The position numbers and the translations under genes are program-made. From the NCBI RefSeq assembly GCF_003918875.1, contig NW_025765052.1:124001-188000 (forward strand): a stretch of 64,000 nt of DNA, written 5' to 3'. The stretch comes from Haliotis rubra (Eukaryota). Under the pieces are notes generated by a model. That model was not told the DNA's origin. It ran no database searches and worked only from the letters and a program-made list of their open reading frames with translations. Below, one piece after another: positions 22,196 to 33,795 of the stretch (positions within the stretch are counted from its first letter, which is position 1; each line of letters begins with the position of its first letter).

Positions 22196-25100
22196 TCAAC
22201 ACCGAGGGATGTTACATTTTTCCCAACGTGTGTTTTGATCCGTCGTGTAACACCACAAATACCCACTGCCTGATGGGTCCCGACAGTAGTTGGCGCTATC
22301 GTCCAGTGTCTCACCGCCGAATGGGTTGACTGAGATGTGGTCCTTGAACGAGTGTCTGTGTGGTGCCTGGGCCTTCCATCTCTGACACGTCTTGCCTGTC
22401 ACCGTCGTAGCAACGTTGCCGGTGTACACCATCCTACCAAACCATCTTGCAACAACGACGGATACTGCAACATGGACAATAGGTTTGTTGCAGTATACAA
22501 ATGTTAAATTTGGACATTGCAAGGAGCCAGCTGGAAACACCAGAAACGGACGTTCCATTTACTGGACATGGAAGTCTCTTGAGTGTCCACCGGTGCCCCA
22601 CCGCCCCTAAAAATAAATTACTGTTAGTTCCGACGCCGCTGTGAAGAAATACTTGAAATCTTGCCAAGATCAATGTGAAAGGTCGTCCGTATTTGCCACG
22701 AAACCCAGAAAAGGTGTCTACTGCCAGATCAAATATTTATGACATATTTATTCCTTAAATCCACTAAACGATTTAATAAATTCGTGCTTCACGAGTAGTT
22801 ACCTTTTTTTGTAGGTTCTGTGGTATCATTAGCATGTCATTAAAAACAATTATACCCACACGTGTCAGAAAACTTATGACACACACACACACATAAACCC
22901 GTAAAAAAATCCTCTAATCAATGATCGTTGAATAAGATTGAGATAGCAACCTTCCAGGAGCTGCAGGTGTAGTTTTGATAATTAACATGTCCTAACGAAC
23001 ATTATGAAACAAATGAAAATATTGCAGCGTACTATATGACGTTTTCACACCGGCAGTGTCTACAAGAATGGATTCGCAGTTCCCCCTTTAATTTCCACAT
23101 TGTGCTAGTACCTGTTATATATCTGTTAATGACACAATCCTTGTAAAATGTACTTCCAAACAAGAAGTAATATATATTCATGGATCAGTTTTATTTCACA
23201 CACAAAAGATACACTTATAGGTTATAATACAACCGATCAGAACCCATAGTTTGACAAGCAGTTTTCGTATACTTGATTGAATTATCTAACATCTGTGATT
23301 GGATGAGTTTGTGAAAGATTATTGTGATTATTTAAAATCTGCATCAATCCGGCTATTAATTCAATCTGGCCATATTTTCAATATTCGGTGCTGCCTTTTT
23401 AACTTTCTGTACACTATTATGTGTAAATGATGTTCAGCGCCGAAACTTTCATTACACCACTAGGTGTAAATAACATTGAGCCTTTTCTTACACCAATAAG
23501 TGTAAGTCTTGTGTAAATGATGTCCAACATTGAGACTTTCTTTACACCGCTATTTAATAATGTTCAACTCTGTGACTTTCTCCACACCATTACGTGTAAA
23601 CATGTCCAACATTAAGACTTTCTTTACATCGTTAGGTGTATATAATGTCCAACATTAAGACTCTCTTTACATCGTTAGGTGTAAATAGTGTCCAACATTA
23701 AGACTCTTTACATCGTTAGGTGTAAATAGTGTCCAACATTAAGACTCTTTACATCGTTAGGTGTATATTATGTCCAACATTAAGACTCTCTTTACATCGT
23801 TAGGTGTAAATAGTGTCCAACATTAAGACTCTCTTTACATCGTTAGGTGTATATAATGTCCAACATTAAGACTCTCTTTACATCGTTAGGTGTATATAAT
23901 GTCCAACATTAAGACTCTCTTTACATCGTTAGGTGTAAATAGTGTCCAACATTCTGGCATGTTTTAGACACTACTGTGTCTGTCGTTCCAACAATCTAAG
24001 GGTATATATGCCATATCGACAGCCCATAACGGTGACCAATCCTTATGAAGCCGTAGTGACAGGTTTCCCCCTTTCAATGCGAAAACTGCATAAGGCGTTT
24101 ATCAGTTGCGATATATTGGCGCTCCATGAACCTGTGTACGTGAATTTCAATTTGGATATCCCCTGATAATGATCGTTCACTTGACAGAGACCATTCCAAA
24201 GTCCAAAGCCTTCAAAGCATCAATCCGGTTTACTTCGCATTGTAGAGTTCCGTCATCTATAATTCTTGCGTCACTTCGGACTTTTCTGCCACTTTAAGCT
24301 ACCAAGTCATGACAAATTAGAGTGCAATTCCACGACGATTTACTTACCATTACAACATGTTTTGTCTGTCGGGGACCAAACGCCTTTGTCGGTACACAGT
24401 GAAATATCTGAACCTTGTCCTACGTAACCGTCTCTGCAACTGTACTTGGCCACGCCATTGAGGTGAATCGATGTATATACAACCTCTGATCCATATATAG
24501 ATGGAGGCAGGCCGCACTTAACGTTAGCACCAGTTTTCAACGTCTCTGGAAGAATTATTATTATTATTGTTATTATATGGCTATTTTCATATAGCGCTAT
24601 AGTCCATTCCATCTACATGCATGCTTTAAGCGCTTTGTTTTTTCCCTCGATCACTGGATGTCAATCTCAACTGCACATAATATTTTCAATCTCAACTCCC
24701 TGGGGATCATGCTGTACAGAGATCGCCCTTTCCAGAGATAACAAGAGCGTTCTTAACACATGCTTAGTCCATTCCCTTTGATAAAGAATATGTTGGCATC
24801 TGTGCATTTTTATACAAAACGTATGCGTTTCCAAAGGTATTATTTTCGAATATATAATTAAGTGTGAATTGAAAGGTACCGAAACAAATTTATGAATAAC
24901 CGTCATTGCTTTCATATGCACTTTAGAGTGAGAAACAGTCGCATGATTATTTATTGTACGGTTTGAATTACGAAACTCAGCTCAGAACATTATGCGCTTG
25001 TGTGCATTCTGTTATGTTTTACTTGAGACCTATCGATCGTTGTCATGGTGAGAAAATGGCCATACCAAAGTTTTCCTCCAGCACGGCAACTCTGTACTCA

Positions 25101-26082
25101 ACAAAATCAAGGTGTTCCTCTCCTACAAGAATAAATGAAACGGTGATACAGATAAGGTAAAATAATATAAGTGAAGATTAATGAGATTTATTAACTAAAA
25201 AGGTTGACTGTATCTCAATCCTTTTCTTTGCACGACAAAGTGTTTTGTGTTATAAATGACTAGGTAGACTTCTTCATCTTAAATAGCAGTACACAGAGCA
25301 TTGCCATTATAGCAACATGAAGTTAGAAACGGATTGGGGATTGGGGATTCGAATCCCGAATCTGAATGTTTTGTTCACATTCGGAATTCGAATCCCGAAT
25401 CTTCTTTTGTTTGTTTGGAAACGTTATCGTATTGGGGACTGGGAAATCAAATCCCGAGTCTGAATTTTTTGTTCACATACGGAAATCGAATCTGTTTTTG
25501 GGGCTTTGAAACGTATTCGTATTGGGGATTGGGGATTTAAATCCCGAATCTGAATTTTGTTCACATTCGGAATTCGAATCCCGAATATGTTTTTTGTTTG
25601 GTTTAGAAACGTATTCGTATAGGGTATTGGGGATTCAAATCCCAAATCAGAGTTTGTTGTTCTCATTCGGGATTTGAATCCCGAATCTGATTATTTTTTT
25701 CATATTTGGGATTCGAATCCCCAATTCCCAATACAAATCCCGAATGTGAACAACAAAATCAGATTCGGGATTCGAATCCCTAATCCCCAATCCCCAAATC
25801 CGAATCCGTTTCTAACTCCATGCTGCCTGTCATTAGAAGGTCTTGTACTACTACTAGTAGTGAAAGACTAGCCAGCCATGTTTGTGTCACTGAAGATCCT
25901 TGTCCAGGCGACTTCATATTCAAATTATGATCTTTATAGCGTAACTTTAATGGTCGATAAACATTATAATAATACTATCACTGACCTGATACCTCATGCA
26001 TGGAGTGTTTTGCATGTGCGAAGTCACAACGTATTGACATCAGCAGCAGCGGGAAGACGAGAAGAACACATCCAGCGGCCAT
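22196..26082 (-). CDS. Secreted Sushi/CCP + Kringle protein, 206 aa, 4 exons (26082-25986, 25122-25066, 24545-24348, 22464-22196)
   Basis: All junctions are GT-AG, phase 1; total 621 nt and open. Signal peptide MAAGCVLLVFPLLLMSIRCDFAHA; Sushi CGLPPSIYGS...AKYSCRDGY...SLCTDKGVWSPTDKTC; Kringle YTGNVATTVTGKTCQRW...NYCRDPSG...WCYTTD...WEKCNIPRC*. Confidence 0.85.
23430..23955. repeat. 41-43 bp minisatellite in intron 3 of the Sushi-Kringle gene
   Basis: Unit gtccaacattaagactctctttacatcgttaggtgtaaatagt; about 9 clean copies plus degenerate ones. Confidence 0.95.
25312..25826. mobile_element. MITE with internal tandem repeats in intron 1 of the Sushi-Kringle gene
   Basis: TIRs gcaacatgaagttagaaacggatt / aatccgtttctaactccatgctgc; internal repeats rich in attcgaatcccgaat. 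Confidence 0.8.
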
Positions 26083-26874
26083 GTTGTCGTGTTCACACGT
26101 CAGACTGGTCTGTAGCCATTCTGCAGCCCCCACATAAGACCAAGCAAGACAATGCTTCCAGTATTACGTAATGAATTAGTTTATTTCAACACACTGCGCC
26201 AACCATTGCGCATTCCTATTGCATTGTTATAGCGTTTCGTTCCCAGGAATTTGATTACTGCTTTCAAGTACTTTCAGTTGTGTCGATGACATTGATAAAA
26301 TTCAAGTTGGGTCACCATGCTCTGTTATTTGTAAATCTTCGCTACGAAAAGAATAGTTCGCATATTCCCAAACTAAAGCCACTGACATTTTCAATTCTAC
26401 TGGTTTTTGTTCTTTTTTTGTGTGTATTAATTGTTTTTGGTTTTTGGTTTGAATTGTGCTGTAAACGAATGTCCCTTTGCAAGGGTGTTTGGCATCGAAA
26501 CGTCAGTGAATTGCAAACCAGAGGCATCCATGTGTACCGCCGCCGGTTTGAAAACAGTTCTTAAAATTGACAATAATTGAAAATGACAAAGTTATCAGTT
26601 AACTAACATTGAAGTCTAGATGAAGTAGACAAATTGACAAATCATATAGTAAGCTCTATATATGAATGGGATATTGTGATATTCTCGCACACATGAAATC
26701 AAAAACGTTCTCAATACAACAGCAAGAAATCATTTTGATGTTGTTTCTTTCCAAGTGTTAATTATCGGCGTAACTTGAATTGTGACAACTAAAACATACA
26801 AATCGATCTTGTCAAAGTGATTCAGGCCCAGTGAGACGAGAACGGGTATCTCCACTAAACACGGGATGTCCTTA

Positions 26875-29800
26875 TAGTAGGGCAGATAATGGAAAAATCG
26901 TTCACTTTGTGATACAAGCAACAAAATTTGCATACATGTTCATTTTAGTACACTTACTGAAAAAATAACGTTGGCCACTCAAAATTCCAAGATGACCGTC
27001 ATTTATATTACACTATCTTTGTTTCAGCTCCTAAAAACAGAATTTCTCTGAGATTGTCAACGTATTTGTGTCTCAGTGTGTTAATTAAGACATTGTTTAT
27101 GCTATGTAGCAAAATATGATTGCTTCCAAAATCCAAGATGGCCATCAATTTTCCAAAAACAGCAAAGTTTTAAAAATATTTCTTGCATTTTGAACTCAAA
27201 ACAAGACAGAATCAAAAGTAATCTTCATATTTGCCTTTCATCATAACATCTCTAGATTGGATGATGTAATAGGCCAGAAAACATATTCATTTTGCTGAAG
27301 GAAATCCAAGATGGCCGCCATATTATATTATAAGCAAATGTCAAATGAGGCAAAATACGAAAATTTTAACCAGGTTTCGACTTTTTTGTCTCAGATATGG
27401 TTGGTGGTACTCATGTTGATCAAACAATAAGGTTGGCTCCGCCAAGAGACGAGAGATAGTATTTCAAAGGCAAAATTATCAGATCATGATCACTTAATAC
27501 AAGAACATGATTTAGAAGACAATGAATGTTCAATGATAGTTTTTATAGCTTTCCAAAGAACAAAATTATTGTAAGGAAGTATGGACATCAGAATCATCTA
27601 TATTGTAACTGTTTACCAGGCTCATCTGTTTCATTTATAATTGCCTCTCTATATATAAATGATCTGATCAGCGTTAGGATCAAGAGTTCCATGTCTAGTG
27701 CCAGATTGAAATAGTGGAATTGAGGGCTCTGCGACTTACGCTTCTCACTTTTCAGAAAAGTTTAAGCGGGGTGACTTTGGAATAAGCTATACTTGATGCA
27801 GCTATGATGTACTTATATTTCTTAGAATTTGTATAACGCAATTTGCTTTTGTTTACTAAAATCTGATTTTAACATAGGTGAACAATTTTACTTACCAGGA
27901 GATAAGATATCAATGTTTCAATATATTTTCGGAAAACATATTGTTTATACCATTTATATATAGTTTGATAACTTTGAAAAAATATTTAAAAAAACAAAGA
28001 TAAAATTTGTTTGGGTCCAGTGTTATCTAATTTTGAATCTATGCTACTCATAGCTGAAAATACTCATATATTTAAGCATGTAAGTTTAAGTGGTATAGGA
28101 CAGTGATAGAGAAAACACTGTTGAACATGTACTGCCCAGTGGAAGTAGAGGTGGTACGTAACAAATGACATGTGCAGTAAGGTCGTAGTCACAGAGCAGT
28201 CAATATCTTATGTGAACGCCATTAGCAACAATGGTTGCCTGGCATTAGCGTCCAATAGATTGAATCAGATTCCGGATGAACTGTCCAGGAATGACCTGAT
28301 ATTATTCGTGCAAAATCAGAAACAAAGCTGCTAAGGTCTGCAGCTGAGGATCACACTGTCTCACACGTTGATTCAGTTCGTTCCACAAATGTTCACTTTG
28401 GTTCAGATCTGGTGATCGGAGGGTGATGAAAGAACCTGAACGTTATGCTGAATATTCCTGCATGCGGTCTATCATCGTCATGTTGGAAAATGACGTTCTG
28501 ACAGTTCATGAATGGAATGACAGGAGGCCTGATGATTTTATGGAACAGTAACCTGGAGATTTAAGATTGCTCTGGACGTGAATAACATCGGGTCTTCCAC
28601 TGCCTGCCCAAACCATAACACTCTCGCCACCGAATTTATCCACTTCCTGTACACAGTTGGGAGCATACCGTTCATGACGCCATCTGCACACACATGCTCT
28701 TCCGTCAGGCTGAGCATATACCAGCCCGGGACTCATCACTGAACACGACAGTTCTCCACTTTGTGATGGTCACTGGAGATGGTTTCGACACCACTGTCTA
28801 AGTTGCTGCCGATGATGTCGGGTAAGGACAGGTCCTCGCAAAGTTCTCCTAGGACGAATATCAGCCACACGAAGGCGGCTCCTGGCAGTTAGGTCCGAGA
28901 TTGTTAGGAGTCCTGGCACTACAGATGTTGTAGATGCTGTCGTCAACCTGTTCCGTAAGTGTCGAAGACGAATAAACCTGTCTATCCTGGGCGGATGTTG
29001 TCACCCGGGATCATCCTGACCGAGGACGATCACGTGTCGTTCCATGCTGCTGGTGCTGATGCCAAAGCCTTCCTATGGTACACTTGGACACATAAAAGTG
29101 CTACGACTCACCAGCTTCCAAATGACCGACCGCATTATTGTGCTGAGCTTCGGTAAGTCTAGGTATGAATCCTGTTTTCTACATTATAAGTCTCTGAACA
29201 TATATGTCATGATTCTGATTCTCAAAATTAGGTTGCATAGTCAGTAATTATATTTTCTTTTTTGTGCAATTTATAGCATTACAGTATGCCGTTTTGTCAT
29301 TGAAGTAATGTCTGTGTAGATTTTAATTTCAATAAAGATAATCACTAAAACTTCATATATGTTCTTCACCCAATATTAGGATTCTCATGAAAAATATTGC
29401 AGTTGTTTGAAAAGCGTATTGCAATATACCGGTAATACCGCGCAGTCCTATTCATGGAAATACTGATTAGACACACATTTATGATTCATTTTTGAAACAT
29501 AACCAGGAAAAATACTGGCTATGCGTTTTTCTTTCTGTTTTTTTAATAGTATATATTTGATTAAACGTTTTTAAAAATCTGTTAACTGCGTTATGTTTTG
29601 TGCCACAATATTTCTTGAAAACTAAATTTGTAAGAATTGTTAACAGTTATACAGACAAGAGATAAACAAACATGAAAATCTAATATATTATCTAAATGTG
29701 TATTATATTACTGCAATGTTTTCATGTTTGAATAATTATTTTATTACTGCAATATTTTTACCAATTTCCTTAAAATATGTCTCTTTAAAACCCATTTAGG

Positions 29801-30167
29801 TACAAATATCAGAGTGATGAAAGCCTGCAAAGGAAACCAAAACTTTTGTATGATCAGTGGCAGCCATCTTGAAAAACGGCGGCCATCTTAGATTGTTGAG
29901 TGGCTAATATGATTTATTATTTGTCTTTGTTTCATTAAAACATGGTTCTGCAAGCTAAAGTAAAGTGGAATTAGTCATCTGGAAGAAAAACATAGTCAAA
30001 AGAAAAAGATTCTATTTTTGTATAACCAGTGGCGGCCATCTTGGATTTTTGATTGGCCTACGTTTTTTTCTGAAAAGGGAGCCCATGGTGAGCGATCATG
30101 CCAATTTTGGTGCTTGTGTCACAAAGTGAACGATTCGGCCTATTTTGGTCTGTTATGCGCGATACTA
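26875..30167. mobile_element. Large non-autonomous TIR element (Academ-like) carrying nested insertions
   Basis: TAGTA...TACTA ends with TTA on both flanks; mirrored aatcgttcactttgtga(t/c)acaagca; subterminal caagatggc(c/g)gcc repeats in opposite orientation at each end. Confidence 0.55.
28200..29200 (-). mobile_element. Decayed Tc1/mariner transposase
   Basis: DGRACVCRWRHERYAPNCVQEVDKFGGESVMVWAG (ORF 28506-28739); FQHDDDRPH and SPDLNQSEHLWNEL further downstream. Confidence 0.8.
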
Positions 30168-30599
30168 TTAGCTGTCTGTATTGTCACTTAAGATTGGGCT
30201 ACCCGTGAAGATCTGGGTCAAGATGTATCTTCAGCAACCCATGCTTGTCGTAAGAGTCTGACCGACGAGATCGGGTGGTCAGACTCGCTGACTTGATTGA
30301 CATTTGTCATCGTATCTCGATACATCGATGTCAATAATGTCTGCCACTGGGGTGCCTGGTCCAGACCGCTACAATACAGCTGTAATATAGAACAGTGCTG
30401 CGTTTTAAAGCAACAAAACAAACATACAATAATCCCATACCAGATTATTTCGTCCTTAACTTTGTTAAACCCGTGAAGATTTGATCTGCAATTATGCTTG
30501 TCGTAAGGGGCAACAAACGGGATCGGTTGGTCAGGCTCACCGACAAGGGACAAGGGACAATTGACACATGTCCGAGGGGTACCCAAAGTCCGTGGGCAA

Positions 30600-30772
30600 G
30601 ACTACCATTGTCCGACTTCCGTTTTTGTGGAAGCCGCGATGGCTGAGTGGGTTAGACGGCTAACTTTGTGAACTGGCGATTAGGTTCGAATCCCGGGAGG
30701 AACTCAACCCAACAAAAGTACTAGAATCTCTACTTTACTTGGAAAGTGTAATCCCAAATATAACATGTGTTA
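30600..30772 (+). mobile_element. tRNA-related element family D; also present as an inverted pair at 36003-36335
   Basis: A box tggctgagtgg, B box ggttcgaatccc; 3' gaaagtgtaatcccaaatataac is shared with 36306-36330. Confidence 0.7.
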
Positions 30773-33700
30773 ACACCAATGGAGACATAGGCGGATCCAG
30801 AGGGTGGGGTGGGGTGGGGGGGGGTGTGTGCAGGGTGCAGGGGTGCGCACCCCTTTGTGCTGAGAGTTTGTTAAGTGACCATTGAAACTCGGGTGAAAAT
30901 GAAATGTGCACCCCTCCTTTTCTCAATAGTGTCCCCCCCCCCCCCCCCCCCCTTTCTCAAAAGCTGTATCCGCCCTTGGGAGAACAGACACTGCAAGCAT
31001 GCATCTCGAACCAGTATGGCTGATATAATTTGCTTGAAAATGTCTACAGGGTCAGTTTTCCAAGTTTCCTTGGGGTGGTGGAGTAGCCTCGTAGTTAAAG
31101 CATTGGCTCTTTGCGGCGAAGTCCTGGGTTCGATTCCCCACATGGGTATAATGTGTGAAGCCAATTTCTGGTGTCCCCCGCCGTGACATTGCTGGAATAT
31201 TGCTACAATCATCATATAACTATACTCACTCACTCTTAAAACTGACCGCCTCCGTGGTGTAGTGGTTAGAGCGTCCGCCCGGAGAGCGGAAGGTCGCGGG
31301 TTCGATCCCCGATCCCCGATCCCCCATACCGCGTCATATTAAAATATGGTACTTGTTGGTCCCTGTCTGGCGTTCGGCATTAATGGGTACAACAAGGACT
31401 GGTCGGCTCGGGGTCAGTATAATGTGTCTGAGTGGGGTATTCATGCTTCACTGCGGCATGGTATCTCAGTGGGCTAGCACTATAAGACCAGCTTAAGTCT
31501 GGGCTAGTACAAGCAGCCGCACATACACATACATACGCATGCACGTCGTCATATGAGCGAAATATTCTCAAGCTCGACGATAAACCCAATTTCACCTCAC
31601 CTCACTCTTAAAACTTAATAGGATCTGTCACTCCACTTGCGAATTAATATAGTTTTACATTGAGTTCAGGGCTTTTCAATTTAGCCTTTATGAAGTGCAA
31701 CCATTGTTCCATTTCCAAGGTTCAGAGAAACAGGATCACTAATGACTCCTGAAGAAAGATCATTACAACATGCACGATGCATTGAATGAGACTAGCGCAC
31801 GTAATCACGTTTCATAAATCTCTCGTGCCCGAAATTTGATGAGATGAGGTGGCTCAACAGCGTATTTTATACGTATTATACAAGGGCTTGACATAACCAT
31901 TTAGAACCTGCACTTGTACAACTTGAAACTGAAAAACGCAACGTCACATTTACACCAACTTGTACTCCGTTCATGTTAATATTTTGCCGTTCAAAGAATA
32001 CAAGGCAATGGCTTTCGTCTGTGTTTCCATACACCTATATAAAAACTACGTGCGAGACGTTTCCAGCATTCCTAGTGCCTAGCCTGTGATATGCATAGCA
32101 TCCAGTACAAACACGATCGATGAGTGAAAACTTCAATTGATTTTTTACTTATTATCTACGTCACAGACATATTCATTGAATTTATACACAGACGGGAGGA
32201 AAGTATTTTTCACAGGAAAACGTGTTTGCCTGTCTACAGTGTCTGTCGTCTGCAACAAGTAACATCTGCAGCCATTTTCGTACTGGAAATGTTGGAACTG
32301 TTTCTACATGAATTTCCATGTCTTTAACGATGTTCTGAAAAATCGATTTTCTCGTCGAAGATTTGGACCTGGAGACACTGGCCCTCGGACAGAAACTTCC
32401 CTCTAGCTTTCCAGAGTCTTTGAACCACAAAAAACAAATGCTTGTGCAATTTTCTAAATTTCCCTGTGAGTGAGTTTAGTTTTACGCAGCTTTTAGCAAT
32501 ATTCCAGCAATATTACGGCGGGGGACATCAGAAACGGGCTTCACACATTGTAACCGGGAACCTGGGTCTTCCTCGTGCCGCGGAAACGCTTTAACCACTA
32601 CGCTACCCCACCGCACCAACTTACCCTGTGACTAATATTAAGCGATAAGTCAGCCTGCAATTGCAAAATATGTTCATAAGTGTATATGACAGAGTATGCA
32701 TGAACACGTAGTATATTATCTAGACTTTGTCTGCTATCCCTGGCTGTCATTCATCGAACATTAAACGAAACGGTCACTGGTCCAAGGGAGATAACTCTGT
32801 TATAGCCAAGTTCATTGTGCGAGGCTTCTGTAAACTGTGTAAAGTTTCCTTTACGGGCGAAATAACGCAAAACAGACATAGCTGTTTTGCGGGTAAATCC
32901 GTGAAGGGGCCTCCAGCAACCCATGCTTGTTGTAAGAGGCGACTAACGGGGTCGGGTGGTCAGGAACTGGACTGTCTGGTCCAGTCCCGATTATTTACAA
33001 ACCGCTGCCATATAGCTGGAATACTGCCGAGTGCAGCGTTACACAACCAGCAGCCAACAATCAAAATTTTTGTGGAGATGCTGGTGAGGTGAAATTGGGT
33101 TTAACGTCGTGCTTTAGAATATTGCGCTCATATGACGACGTGAATGCATGTGTATGTGTATGTGCGGCTGCTCGTACTAGCCCAGACTGAAGCTGGTTTT
33201 ACAATGCCGCAGTGAAGCATGAATACACCTAGAGAAGCACATTATACTGACTCCGAGCCGACCAGTCCTTGTTGTACCCATTAATGCCGAGCGCCAGGCA
33301 GGGACCAACAAGTACCATATTTTAACGTCTTTTGGTGTGACGCGATCGGTAATATCGACAGTCAGTAAGTTTGACTGTTACTGTATAATGATCGTTATCA
33401 TGTTTGCTGCAAAGTATTCATAGAACGTTCCTTAATCGGATATCTTCATGTTCACCAACTACACAGGCGTGTATGTTCAGAAGATTATACCAGATGACTT
33501 GTGTGCACAAAATAAATATTAGGTAAAATGACACATTCTCTGGTATGTCATTTGACACCTAAAATGAGAGGATAAATCTGTGAGTATGTTGTTTTACTCT
33601 GCCAAAATACGTCTACTTACGTACGAATGTAAAATGACACATTCTGTAACTTATGTAAATAAAAAAATAGAAAATCAAATGTTGATTTGTTTATTACTCC

Positions 33701-33795
33701 AAATATTTGTGCATGACATCAATTATTACAAAATGTACTGGTTTCCGTTATCTCAGTATTTTCAAAATGGTCCGATGTTGCCGTTTAATTGTTTC

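Noticed and set aside
22465-22673. Longer kringle exon with an internal stop or frameshift (pseudogene reading)
   Set aside because: An internal phase-1 acceptor at 22464 gives an intact frame and restores the Cys count; the upstream part is better read as intron.
23430-23955. Regular repeat arrays (also 39730-40120 and 44985-45530) as CRISPR-like arrays
   Set aside because: Head-to-tail units with no unique spacers, no cas genes, and a eukaryotic context; these are minisatellites.
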